The notes below the pieces were generated by a model. The model did not search any database. It was not told the origin of the DNA and saw only the letters and a list, made by a program, of their open reading frames with translations. A DNA stretch of 63,469 nucleotides, the filler included, from Octopus bimaculoides (Eukaryota), in the NCBI RefSeq assembly GCF_001194135.2. It is 5 parts of 5 records of this genome, joined end to end, with 100 filler letters (N's around TTAATTAATTAA, not from the genome) between each part and the next. Parts side by side here need not be neighbours in the genome. Positions count along the whole stretch, not along the records: positions 35,745 to 44,278 come from NC_068991.1; positions 44,379 to 59,618 come from NC_069001.1; 3 more parts are not named here. The stretch is one strand, 5' to 3'. Below, in pieces: positions 37,851 through 50,737 of the stretch (its first letter is position 1; every line of letters starts with the position of its first letter). Position numbers and translations under genes: made by a program.

Positions 37851-37936
37851 CAGAGATAGGACTCCTCTGCATTCCTTCATTCCTTCGATGAGAATCACTA
37901 CAGCTAATGACTTTTCTCTTCATTATGGATATATTA
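37851..37936 (-). other. Candidate exon of an unidentified minus-strand gene
   Basis: taattacag|...TCTG|gtaagt, 86 bp, with one open frame NISIMKRKVISCSDSHRRNEGMQRSPIS. No homology recognised. Confidence 0.25.
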
Positions 37937-38096
37937 CTGTAATTAATAAATAAATTGTGTGTGTGCATACATGTGGAGGGTTCACTGTATTGTGCCTACT
38001 TAGCTGTATCTTCTTTATCCAAAAACCAACCCAGTAAAACTTTCCCTTTTTTTTTTTTTTTTTGCTGAGTCTGGAAGAAGGAGAAGAGTTCATAAC

Positions 38097-40430
38097 TGTT
38101 GTAGGGAATTAGTATTTATGATACACCCCTCCCACGTGATGAATGGAATAACCTAGTCACTATAAGTAAAGAAAGTACATAGTAGGAAGTTAGAGATAGT
38201 CATGTTTTTACTGGTTTTATTAAGTATACTGTATAACAAAGTGAGTATTATAACAATCCAACATTTTAAGGATATAACAGTGGCAACGAGGATTTAAACA
38301 AAAAATCACAAGGAATTAATAAACTCGACAGGAATTAAACAACTCACGGTGACTTAATAAATTCTACAAAGAATTAACAACTCATGAAAAGTTAACAAAC
38401 CACAAAGTTTTGTTGAGTGAATTTTATGAAAAAAAACTCTAAAAATTAGGGAAAATTTGTTGGCTGGTTTGCACAAGTTGCAAAAACAGCAACAACAAAA
38501 CTGAAAGAACAACAACAATTATTATTACAGCAACAAATGCTGCAATTAATGAAATCGTCAGGAAATTCAAAACAAAAGTGTTCTCACCAGACTATATGTT
38601 GCAAACTCCATAACAGAGTTCAAATATGAACCTGATGAACCATACAACAGAAGATAAGAGCAAATCTTTGAGAAAGAATGTAAAGATTGGGACAACAAGA
38701 TGAAAACACACTTAATCTTGAGAAAAGCTGGTGGCAACAGAACATGAAAGATACAGTAATTATATACTCCAAAGAAAACCTTCGGACATAAACTTTAATG
38801 ACACAATAGATATATTGTGTAAAATTTTCAGTGAAAAAAGCTCATTGTTCAACACACATTTGAATTGTCTGAACATAGAAAAAAACAATGATGAGGACTA
38901 CATCACATATGTTGGTAGAGTAAACAGGGAATGCAAGAAGTTCAAGCTGGATAAATTAACATCAAATGTGTTCAAATGCCTGATATTTATACAGAGATTT
39001 ACTGCCCAAAAAAGGATGCAGAAGTTAGAACTAGAATTCTTGCAAACCTGGAACAAAACCCTACAGCAAGTGTCAGAAGAATGTGAAAAGATAATGAAAC
39101 TAAGACATGACACAGAGGAAATTGAATGTAAAGATTGTTTCCAAGTAAAGCAAGTGCGAAATAGTCTAAATAGAGATAGTGTTTTCTGAAAAACACGACA
39201 AAAATCAGGAAATAAACCCATGTTTTGCATGTGGAAATATACACCTGAGAAAAAATTGTCCATTTAAAAAAGCTGAGTGCTTTCATTGTGGAAATATAGG
39301 ACATATAAAAAACGCACTGTAGAATGAAGATGACAAAATGTCAGAACAAATGAAATAGTATGTCATCAGAAGAAATTGGTAATATAAAGATGAGGAAATT
39401 TGTGAAGGTGAAAATCAGAAATACAAGTCTTAAAATGCAGTTGGACACTGATAGTGATATCACCATTATAAACGAAAAAACTTGGAAATATGTCGGTAAG
39501 CCGAAATTAATTAAATCAAAAAAGATAGCACATGCTGTTATGAGAAAAAGATTATATTTTTCGGTGAATTCATATGTAATGTAACATTTCGAGGTCAGAT
39601 GAAAAAGGCAAAGATATATGTGTTACAAAGTTCACTTAATTTATTTGGCACAGAGTGGATGGAACTATTCAAAGTATGGAATATGCCCATAAGTGTTTTG
39701 TGTGGAAATATAGTTGGTTCAGTCAAAGGTTCAAATGTGGCTGAGAGACAGAAACAAAAAATTACAGTAAAACAACCGTATGTGGAACAACTGTATGTTA
39801 GTCAAAATGAAATAAAGAATTGTCCACGATAAAAAGTAAACATTGTTCAAAAGTAGATGTTCTGTGGTTAAGACTACACATCGATTTCGCTGGTCCTTTA
39901 AACAGTTTTCACTACTTAGTGGTAGATAATAGTTTCTCGAAATGACCAGAAATTTGCAAGTGTAAAAAACCATCCAACTCAACTGGATAAATTTTTTACA
40001 TGAATTGTTTGCAAGATTTGGCATCTCAGACAAGATAGTGTCTGATAATAGAACACAATTTGTGTCTAGTGAATAACATATAACTACGGTGCCATACCAT
40101 CCCAGATCTAATGGACAGGCGGAACAGTTTGTTGATACCTTCAAAAGAGCCCTTAGAAAATTGAATAAGGACGTTATGGATGCGGTAGCGCTACAACAAT
40201 TCTTAAGAGTGTACCGTGTGACACCAAATTCGAATATACCAGCAGGAGCTGATTTTTGCAAGGAAAGTAAAATCAGTCATTGATAAATTGCAACCTGGCA
40301 AGAAAGAAAAAGTGCCTGGGAAAACATAGCAAGATTCTTTAAAGTTGGTGAAAAGGTGCATATGAGGGCATACAAGAATGAAAAGCAGAGTTGGGAAGAT
40401 AGCATAATTACCAAATGCATAGGTAAAATG
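38097..40430 (+). mobile_element. Ty3/Gypsy LTR retrotransposon remnant (K02A2.6-like), RT/RNaseH deleted, no 3' LTR seen
   Basis: Putative 5' LTR at 38097-38279 (TGTTGTA...TATAACA), with PBS-like tggcaacgagga at 38281. Gag includes SEKSSLFNTHLNCL and CFHCGNIGHIKTHC, protease LKMQLDTDSDITII, and integrase RLHIDFAGP, IVSDNRTQF and PYHPRSNGQAEQFV. Confidence 0.88.
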
Positions 40431-40705
40431 ATGTTATTGTGATATAGAATCATTTTGAGTTATAAGTTTTTGGTAACTATTTTTATTAAAATGACATTAT
40501 TTTCTTTTAAAAAGAATATGTATTTTAGTATATTGCTACAATAATTCTTTTGAAAAGAGTCATTTCTCTTAGTCATACATTTCCAACTAATAGGGTAAAT
40601 TTGTTTTGAGTATTTCCAATTAATACAAGCCACAGCATATCAAGCCACGGCAATCCGGATTGACAGTTACTTCCCCTGCCCCATGTGCTTTCATTTATTT
40701 GCATC

Positions 40706-41143
40706 ATGGCGTGGATGATGATTCGTCCTTCGCTATGGGCTTCCAGAATGCCATTTTCGCGCCTGCTCGGCTTACGTTCTTACTCAGAAATGTTAAAAAC
40801 CGGCAGCAAAGATCATATTGACAAACTAGTGTCAGAGCAAAAGATTGTTCTTTTTATGAAAGGCACGCCTGACGCCCCACGTTGTGGCTTCAGCAACCTT
40901 GTTGTTCAGATTCTTAAATTCCACGGTGTGGAGGATTTTGGTTCGCACAATGTGCTCGCCGACAATGATCTTAGAGAAGGAATTAAAGTCTACTCGAACT
41001 GGCCGACGATACCACAGGTTTACATTAATGGAGAGTTTGTCGGTGGCTGTGATATTATGGTAGAAAAACACAAAAGCGGAGAACTTATTGAAGATTTTCA
41101 AAAGATCGGTATACGATCGACTCTTTTGGATAGGGAAGAATAA
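40706..41143 (+). CDS. GLRX5: Glutaredoxin-related protein 5, mitochondrial (monothiol CGFS glutaredoxin), intronless
   Basis: Uninterrupted 145-aa ORF from ATG 40706. The N-terminus is Arg/Ser/Leu-rich and presequence-like. Motifs: [34 protein letters not shown]. Confidence 0.95.
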   Translation: MAWMMIRPSLWASRMPFSRLLGLRSYSEMLKTGSKDHIDKLVSEQKIVLFMKGTPDAPRCGFSNLVVQILKFHGVEDFGSHNVLADNDLREGIKVYSNWPTIPQVYINGEFVGGCDIMVEKHKSGELIEDFQKIGIRSTLLDREE

Positions 41144-42322
41144 GCTACATATTTTAAAAATAAGAATGTCTTTATACTGATCATATCATATTTTCTCTTA
41201 AAAACAACCATGGTTCGTATCTGAAATTTTCTAATATTGCTTTATGATTTGACTCTTTAATATCCGCTTTAAAATGCTTTTGTTCAAATGAAAGCAGTCC
41301 TAGAAGTGTGACCTTGGTGTTAAATGTTAAAAGGTGTTACTAGTTAAATTCCAAAAACATTTCATTAACCTTAAAACCCTGCAAGAAGGTTGTTTTCGCA
41401 ACCGTGTAACTGAAAAATTAATGAGTTTCTTTATTAATTATCTAATCAACAATTGTTGGGTAATCCTTAAACTTTACCTAAAATTCTAAAAAGGTGAAAG
41501 AAAACATTTGAAGATATTTACATACTGGAAAGATCGAAAGATATTATATCTTTGGGAAAATAACTCTGAAGTTTTCCGTAAGTAAATTTTCAGTTGTTGG
41601 AAAAATAATTTTCTCGGATAAATTAAAATTTTCCTTTTCACACTGCGTTCTTCCAAATTTATGTTTCGTAACCAAGACTTCAAAGTCTGTATTTATTTTT
41701 TGACTATTGTGATTTGAGAATGCTTCTGAATTGTTTACATTTTGGTAGATAGGTAGATACACATTGGTAAATGTAAACATCTTAACTTTTTGTTTTGAAC
41801 AAGATCGACTTTCACTTATTCGACATTGTTACGTAACAATATATAATGGAAGAATATTACATGGACACGGTCTTTCCGAAAAATCATAACAGAACGATAC
41901 TTAAGTTTAAAGATTCTATATTGATATCAGTTATATAACTTCTATCAGTTATATAACTTCTGTCAGTTATATAATTTTATAAAGCCTATTTTAGAAAATT
42001 ACGAGAACACATGCTGTATACTTGTGTGTGTAGTTTACAAACTTATAAAGAACGTTGATAGGCAGAATTTGGTTGTGATTTTATGGTATTGACTTTTAAT
42101 TCTTTAAGTTCAAATGCCTCGAGGAAGAGGGATCGATTTTGTCTAGCATTTTAATCAAATTCCAGGTTCAAATTGATTGATTCCACCGTTCTTCAATATG
42201 TGGCGTTGTACACGTTAGAAATCATTAAGAGTACTAGGTAACTGATGGCAAATTGATAGTGTTTTCAACATTAAATTATTGGTGTGCTAACATTGCCTGG
42301 TTTCCAAATGTATAGATATATT

Positions 42323-43083
42323 GGTGGAGGTTAAGGACATGGACCTTTCGGGTTTTTTTTTTATTTTTTATTTATTTTTTTTTTTATCATTTTCCTACAG
42401 AAATCCACTTTTTCGACTGCGGAGATTCCGAATCTGCAAAAAAATCGGCATTTCAAAATTTACTCCCCCCCCCNNNNNNNNNNNNNNNNNNNNNNNNNNN
42501 NNNNNNNNNNNNNNNNNNNNNNNNNNNNNNNNNNNNNNNNNNNNNNNNNNNNNNNNNNNNNNNNNNNNNNNNNNNNNNNNNNNNNNNNNNNNNNNNNNNN
42601 NNNNNNNNNNNNNNNNNNNNNNNNNNNNNNNNNNNNNNNNNNNNNNNNNNNNNNNNNNNNNNNNNNNNNNNNNNNNNNNNNNNNNNNNNNNNNNNNNNNN
42701 NNNNNNNNNNNNNNNNNNNNNNNNNNNNNNNNNNNNNNNNNNNNNNNNNNNNNNNNNNNNNNNNNNNNNNNNNNNNNNNNNNNNNNNNNNNNNNNNNNNN
42801 NNNNNNNNNNNNNNNNNNNNNNNNNNNNNNNNNNNNNNNNNNNNNNNNNNNNNNNNNNNNNNNNNNNNNNNNNNNNNNNNNNNNNNNNNNNNNNNNNNNN
42901 NNNNNNNNNNNNNNNNNNNNNNNNNNNNNNNNNNNNNNNNNNNNNNNNNNNNNNNNNNNNNNNNNNNNNNNNNNNNNNNNNNNNNNNNNNNNNNNNNNNN
43001 NNNNNNNNNNNNNNNNNNNNNNNNNNNNNAAAAAAAAAAAAAAAAGATAAACGAAAAGGGGGTCCATGTCCTTTACCTCCACC
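42323..43083. mobile_element. MITE / non-autonomous DNA transposon, Merlin-like
   Basis: TIRs ggtggaggttaaggacatggacc and (reverse complement) ggtggaggtaaaggacatggacc. The 8-bp flanks are gatatatt/gatttatt. The interior is mostly N. Confidence 0.65.
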
Positions 43084-43610
43084 GATTTATTAACAGGGAC
43101 TGCATGTTACGAAGAGTGTAAACAATATATTTATACAGTATATTTGGGGATAGAGAAAGACGGGACAACTGCACATTCACGTTTGAATCCTAACTGGGAT
43201 TACCGTCAACAGCTGCATATCCTCTCTAAATATCCACAAATACACTGCCCATAAACTTATTAATATCAGAGGTTAAAGTAAACGCAAGAGACTAATTTGC
43301 TGTCCACATTTTTATAATAGATCAAACGTTAATTACTTGTGTGTTAACAGTGTTTCATTTCATTGCTATAGTACTATTGTTGCTGCTGCTACTACTAATA
43401 ATTATATCATTATCTTGTATGATTTATGCTACTTTTTTGAGGTGGGAATAGGGGTTCTATGTACATACCGTCATGTCATTTTTATCATTTAGTTGCCAAT
43501 GTTGACTAGCAATAGCTGAACAATTGGCAAAAGTTCTGCATATATTCTAGTCCTTCTATTTTATTATCTGTATATATACATAAGCATAAATGTATTTTAA
43601 ACTAGATACA

Positions 43611-43970
43611 TGCTGGCATGGCTGTGTGGTAAGAAGCTTGCTTCCCAACTACATGGTTCCAGGTTCAGTCCCACTGCATGGTACTTTGGGCAAGTGTCTT
43701 CTACTATGGCCTCAAGCCAACCAAAGCTTGTGAGTGGATTTGGTGGAAGGAAACTGAAAGAAGTCCACTGTACATATGTGTGTGTGTTTGAATGTGTTTG
43801 TGTTTGCCCCCATTACGGCATGACAACCAGTGCTGGTGTGTTTACATCCCCATAACTTCGCAATTCAGCAAAAGAGACTGATAGAATAAGTACATTTCAC
43901 TAAAATTTCTTCAAGGCAGTGCCCCAGCATGGCCACAGTCTAATGACTGAAGCAAGTAAAAGATAAAAGA
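43611..43970 (+). mobile_element. SINE family A, older copy
   Basis: Similarity to 6069-6480 with many CpG>TpG changes. Confidence 0.8.
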
Positions 43971-44278
43971 TCGATTCTTTAAAAATATTTAGTCACAGGT
44001 CAACCCTGATTAAGCAGACATTTGATCAAAGATATTCTCACCATAATTATCTCATCCTTTTGAGATAATCATGAAAGGGATAATTTGAGAAAGGGACTGC
44101 CATGCCATGCATTCTTGGGAATCAGCCTATATATTCATGGTAAGTTGTTGGTAATGAAAATTATAATTTTTAAGATCTCCTCTTCAGAGAACAAAAGATT
44201 TTTCAAATTTTTTTTTTTTTTTTGGCTGCAATTCAATCAGCTTGATCATTGGTTGTTCTCAGGTATTTTTACTCTTTG

Positions 44279-44378
44279 NNNNNNNNNNNNNNNNNNNNNN
44301 NNNNNNNNNNNNNNNNNNNNNNTTAATTAATTAANNNNNNNNNNNNNNNNNNNNNNNNNNNNNNNNNNNNNNNNNNNN
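44279..44378. other. Artificial scaffold-join spacer
   Basis: 44N-TTAATTAATTAA-44N. Confidence 0.95.
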
Positions 44379-44410
<32 letters not shown>

Positions 44411-45630
44411 ATTAGATCCACCGCTCATACATTGTCCAGTACCCTTCAAGAAATTGCAGGAACCTTTCCTCAATTTATTTATTACTGCTTTAAATACAAT
44501 GTGAACATAGTGTGATGTATTCCCCTTACTTAGCAACTGTAATATAAGGACATATTTTTCGTGGTTTCAAGGCTTAACCAAGACATAAATGTTAACGGCA
44601 GCCTTGAAAACTTAGTTTATGTTTGTTCAAGGAAACCAAATCGTAGGTTTCACCTAATATTAGTTACAAATTTAGGCACAACTCTTGTAATTTTGGGGGA
44701 TGAGATAAATCGATTACATCTACTCCAGTGATTAAGTGGCAGTGCTTTTATCGATCCTGAGAGCATGAAAGACAAAGGTGACCTCGGCTGAATGTGAACT
44801 AAGAACGTAAAGACGGATGTTAAGCATTTTGCCCGGCGTGCAAACGATTCAATATGCTCGCTGCCTTAACGTTTTACTAAATATTACTTTCGCATTCTGA
44901 TAGTGCAATCTGTATATTAGTGATGTAATGTTCTAAGTTAAATGGGTGTTAAGGAACTATATTTTTTAAAATTACATGCTCGTACACAATCACAGATAAG
45001 TATTTGCATGAGCATAATTCGAAGAAGGGCCATGGGAACGCGCTTTTACGCACTCACGTGACAATCGAAGGCATTTAGAAATTTCCGAGCTGAATGATTT
45101 TCTATCTTGAATTTAATGTTTCTTTCCTTTACACAGCGTATACCATAAATTGTGATTGGCAATATGTGATTCATTTCGTCTGTTGTAAAATTCTTCACTA
45201 ATACATCAACATTCATACAAAGAACTTATATTCAAATCCTTCTTATGACAATTAATTAAACTCTTTATTACTGAACCTACTTAACAACACGATAGAGGCT
45301 AAAGTAATAAATATTATTCACGTCATCTCTCAAAGCTATTTCATTATTTTCGTTACTTCTTTTCAACGCTATATTCTCACAGTCATTGAAATTGTAATTC
45401 CAATACTTATTGTACTAATATACCCACAAGTTAACTTCAGTTATTGAGTTAAAACTTCTCTACTACTATAGTAAGATTTCTACACGGTTGGTCAGTGGAT
45501 CCAGAAGGTCGAAGGTCTCGGGTTTAGTTATCTTATTGTTGAAAACAGACTAATTAGGAGTTATGAAGAAACTTGAATAAAAAGTTTAACCTCGAACACA
45601 GCTGCGAACTTGCTACTATGGCATGCAACC

Positions 45631-45677
<47 letters not shown>

Positions 45678-47524
45678 CATACATACATGTGTGTGTGTGC
45701 GTGTGTGTCTGTTTGTTGTGTGTGTGTGTGTACCCATTAACTACCAAAGCACACATGCTCTCAAACTGTATATCATAATCTGTCTTAACGTCGTATTTTC
45801 GTGAAATTGTTTGAGAAATATTCATGTAAATCCTATGTTAAATACATTAGAATAAACCATTAAGCATGTTCTCTTTTTACCTCCTGTATGAGCATTGGGA
45901 AGTTTAGCAAACATTATAGAAAGTGTACATATTCCGAAATTGGCCAATATCGCCTGTTATTTCTTTGGATATGTGTAGAAACGAAACGGATTTGTGCTCA
46001 TGAAATAATGGAAATTTTCTTCAGTTGTTTTATATTGCCATTGATTAGCAGGAGGCTATGGTATCTATCAATGTGATGTGGTATTTGCTAATCGGTTTTC
46101 CCAATAGGGAAACCAAGCTAACAATCATAGCAATGCAAACACTTCTTACCCTTAAATTTTTTGTCGACAACACGAAAGGAGATTTTACAAGATAGTTGAT
46201 AACGTAATGAAACATTGCCGAAAAAACATCCTTATCTTCTTACCATGCAGAATTTACTCTGGATATTATATAGTGTGGTACTAAATACAAGATGCTTGAA
46301 AAAATGTTATGTTCCGAATGTGGAATGCATTTTGAACATGATTCTACTCAGTTAATCGCTGTTTTGTTGCTACTCAACTTCCCAAAGATATGGTGGGTAG
46401 CAAAACATAAAAAACAACATAGTAACATAAAAACCTAGCGTAAAGAAGCATGGAAAGTCCGACTAACTAAAATTCCGGTTATAGCAGTTAAACATTCCTC
46501 TCTTCCATTTGGCGAACGTCTTAATTGCTTTTATTCAGAAATGCATGACGCACGCACGTCAGCAGCGCATTATGTGATTTGTTTATAACTTCCGTTGTTT
46601 AAGTGCAGAAAATAAGACAGTACTAACACCCATCGCCAAATCTATTTTGCACTTTTAACCCTTAGAGAGACAACGAATTGTCATCGAAGTATTAGGTGTG
46701 TAGAGGGCATTATGATATTTTTTCATGATAAACACACGGAAAGAGACGGACAGAAAGATCGACATACAGATAGATAGATAGAGAGAGAGAGAGAAAATAA
46801 GATAGGCTGGTATTTTATGAATCGATGTCGAATGTTAACAAGCCAACGTTAATGTCCGCGAGATTGCAATTCAAAGCAAAGAGCGTCAGAAGTCAACTTA
46901 CATATTATGTTACATACTGACGACATTACGAATCGGCTACTTATAAAAAAGGATTACATAGAAAACATCGATACCGCAATCACTTCTCTTCCTTTACATG
47001 CCTAGTTAATCATGTGAAGATACGTCTTCATTGGATTCTTTAAGGAATCCTGATGGTTTAGCAGCAGCGCAATATTGAACTCTCGTTTCCATCAAAATCA
47101 CGATGCAATATCATATATTTATTGAAGCAATTCATATTCTTGTAAGCTAGTATAAACCGAGGATAACGAATCAATGTTCTCTTTTATAAATAAATAGATT
47201 TCTTTCCTATTAGTTTTTATTTTCACTTGTTTGTTGCTGTCTCGTCAAACATATTTTCAAGGTTTTCCCTAATTAGAGATATTGAGTAAAATTATTGTCG
47301 TAACAGACAAACATATTTGGTATTGACGAAAAGTTAATTTATTCCCTCACTTACGCTCTCATTCTCTCTCTCACTCTTTCTCTATCCTTATACATACATG
47401 CAGACACACACACACACACACATATATATGCATATATATATGTAAATATATAAATTAGCGTATGCATATGTATAATGAATGTAGATATGAGTGTACGTAT
47501 ATATATATATATATAGATATATAT

Positions 47525-47762
47525 ATATGTATATATATGTATACATGTATATGTATATATATGTATACATGTATATGTATATATATGTATACATGTATAT
47601 GTATATATATGTATACATGTATATGTATATATATGNNNNNNNNNNTGTATACATGTATATGTATATATATGTATACATGTATATGTATATATATGTATAC
47701 ATGTATATGTATATATATGTATACATGTATATGTATATATATGTATACATGTATATGTATAC
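47525..47762. repeat. 24-bp minisatellite (gtatacatgtatatgtatatatat)n
   Basis: About 9-10 visible units around a 10-N gap; source of the YIYIYMYT-type ORFs. Confidence 0.9.
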
Positions 47763-48938
47763 ATACACAAATACATATATATATACTACACACACATATA
47801 TGTATATACAGTATACATATGTATACGTTAATTTAGTATATGTGTGTATGTATATATATATATATATATATACAAAAAAAACCACCTTTTTTGTATTTAT
47901 TTTACTCGCATATATATATATATATATATATATANNNNNNNNNNNNNNNNNNNNNNNNNNNNNNNNNNNNNNNNNNNNNNNNNNNNNNNNNNNNNNNNNN
48001 NNNNNNNNNNNNNNNNNNNNNNNNNNNNNNNNNNNNNNNNNNNNNNNNNNNNNNNNNNNNNNNNNNNNNNNNNNNNNNNNNNNNNNNNNNNNNNNNNNNN
48101 NNNNNNNNNNNNNNNNNNNNNNNNNNNNNNNNNNNNNNNNNNNNNNNNNNNNNNNATGTAAGTGTGTGTGTGTGTGTGTGTGTGTGCGTGCGTGCGTGTG
48201 CGAAAAATGTCTATTAAAACCAAGCCAGTTCGTATTTGCAAAGAAAACACCTAAGTCGATCAACCAGGTTAATGGAAAATTTCAAAACAATACAGAAAAA
48301 AAAAACAAAAGTATATCATTAATAATAATCTATTTATTTCTAAAATAATTCAAACCTCAAAACACGAACAATAAACAACTAAACAAAAAAATCAATTTAA
48401 TCAAAACAAACATTTATTTCTGTAGTATTAAAAATACAATTGAAAGTGACTAATTCAAGAATATTTTGGTTTTTCCATTGCTTCTTTTATTTCTCTTGAT
48501 TTTATTTTTAACATTAAAAAATTATTTTCCTTCTTTCTATGTCATTGGCTCTGTGTTTTATAACTTAAGCGTCTTGCAGCAATAATTGTTTATATATTCG
48601 ACAGCCGCAGAACGCGGTTCTGTGCTAATGAATTTTCGAAATTAAATTCTTAAAATAGACCTTATTTTGTCCGTCCTATGTGGTGCAAAACAGAATATTA
48701 TCGGCACGCTAATAAATTTGACTACAGGATTCTCTTATAAGAAGCAAACCCAAATTAAATAATTGAAGCATTTTTCTTTCTAATCGCAAGTATGCTAATA
48801 TCCAAACGATTCTTATTTCTTCTGAGATAATCGTGCTTATAATGTTTAAGGGTGTTACGATATCGTTCGATTATAATAAAATTGGTACAACCATAATTTT
48901 TGCATATTCAGTCGATCTTGAGACGAAAAGATACAAAA

Positions 48939-49099
48939 ACGGGCTCCGTTCAGTTGCAGTCTACCGAGCCCATTCACAAGGCGTTGGTCGGCCCGAGGAT
49001 ATAGTAGAAGACACTTGCCGAAGGTGACACGCAGTGGGACTGAACCCAGAACCATGTGTTTGGGAGACACGCTTCTTGCCACACACCCACGCCTGCGCC
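48939..49099 (-). mobile_element. SINE family A, 5' part
   Basis: ggtcggcccgaggatatagtagaagacacttgcc...gggactgaacccagaaccatgtg is the reverse complement of the family A head. Confidence 0.85.
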
Positions 49100-49126
49100 T
49101 ATAAAATATATATATACACACACACA

Positions 49127-49171
<45 letters not shown>

Positions 49172-49647
49172 AAGTATATATACGTATACATGCGTATACC
49201 TATATATGTACATAAATATATGTATATGCACACACACGCACACACACAAACACACACGCGCACACGCACACATATAGCTAATCAATTATGTGAACAATAT
49301 CTGAACCTTAAACACCAAGGATTAAAAAATACAGTTCCGCAACTGATCATGTAGTTTGAACTATTCATCGTTAACCCTAAATTAATCCTCAATAAAAAAA
49401 AAATCGTTAAATACCTCAATCCCTTTGAACTTGTATCATCAATACTTAATATTACCAACCTATCGTACTTCTTTGAGGAAAGGGTCAAGTAACTAATACA
49501 ATAAACTCGTTTATCAAGAAGTACCATGACATTAAGCTACATGCATTTACGTTGTGGGTTCTAAGCCCGTCCAGGTACAGTTTCTATTTTGTTCTTAGAG
49601 ATCCATGAAATAAATGCCAAACTGTGAAGTAAACACTGGATTAGCCG

Positions 49648-49743
49648 AAGGCGTGGCTGTGTGGTAAGAAGATTGCTTCTACTATACATTGGGTTCGACC
49701 AAAGCCTTGTGAGACTGAAAGAAGCCCGCCGTATGTATATATG

Positions 49744-49787
<44 letters not shown>

Positions 49788-50010
49788 CGCGTGCGTGCGT
49801 TCGTATGTGTGCTTGTGTCTGTTTTTGTCTCCCACCACTGCTTCACAACCGGTGTTGGTGTATTTTCGTTCAGCTAGAAACCGACAGAATTAGTAACAGG
49901 CTTTAAAGCAATAAACCCTGGGATCGAAGCGTTAGGCTAAAATTATTCAAGGCGATGCCCCATCGTGGCCTCAGTATAATGATTGAAACAAGTGAAAGAT
50001 AAAGATAAGC
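49648..50010 (+). mobile_element. SINE family A, internally deleted and degenerate
   Basis: ggcgtggctgtgtggtaag...accaaagccttgtg...gattgaaacaagtgaaagat. Confidence 0.75.
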
Positions 50011-50666
50011 ATGTATACATAGCATGCATTCAATCATACAAAGATACATACATACATTCATACATACATACATACAAACATACTGATACATACATACACA
50101 TACTCACATGCTTCCGAAAACTCCCAAGCTAGACACTTATATGTATTCCCACCATCAGCTGCCAAACAGATACCACTATGATTTCGACACTTATTACCAT
50201 TCAATCAAGTGGTGTCAACAGCGTTAAAAACATAAATCTTGCCTGAGAATCAATAGTGGTCAGCAGAAGAACAATATTAGCGTAGTATGTCCCATTAGGC
50301 CAACAGCTGCCTATTATTACAAGAAACAACATCAAATTAAACGATTAGTATTTATTTATTCTTACAGAACACAACCTATAAAACAAAGAATTTAATCCGA
50401 TAAAGTACATTGTGATCCTGAAATTATAATACAAAGGAAAAAGCGAACTAAGCATATTAACGAGAAATTTTACAATCTCCAATACTCGACATGATTACAC
50501 GTACCAAAAGGATTGTGAACCATGATCTTCAAATATATAGACTATATAACGAACATCAACTACTAGATACGTTGTTTCTTAATCTATGCCATATTGCAAA
50601 TAAGTAAGCATCCATATTTGCATATACACACACACACACACACACACATATGCGTATATACATATA

Positions 50667-50737
<71 letters not shown>

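Noticed and set aside
40685-40705. GTG start for GLRX5 given by the ORF track
   Set aside because: A eukaryotic gene is expected to start at ATG; ATG 40706 (catcATGg) gives a normal presequence.
29347-44278. p38 exon 5 (YIHSA.IIHR, about 30 bp) and later exons
   Set aside because: No convincing match found by eye; tatattcatg|gtaag at about 44131-44145 does not fit. A 30-bp exon could have been missed.
35745-44278. GLRX5 nested in a p38 intron
   Set aside because: A synthetic linker separates the two, and no downstream p38 exon was found to close the intron.
46500-46680. Promoter (CRE-like TGACGCA, ETS-like ACTTCCG)
   Set aside because: Short motifs only, with no adjacent gene identified.
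47525-47762. CRISPR-like or coding repeat
   Set aside because: Head-to-tail 24-bp units with no spacers in a eukaryotic context; this is a minisatellite.
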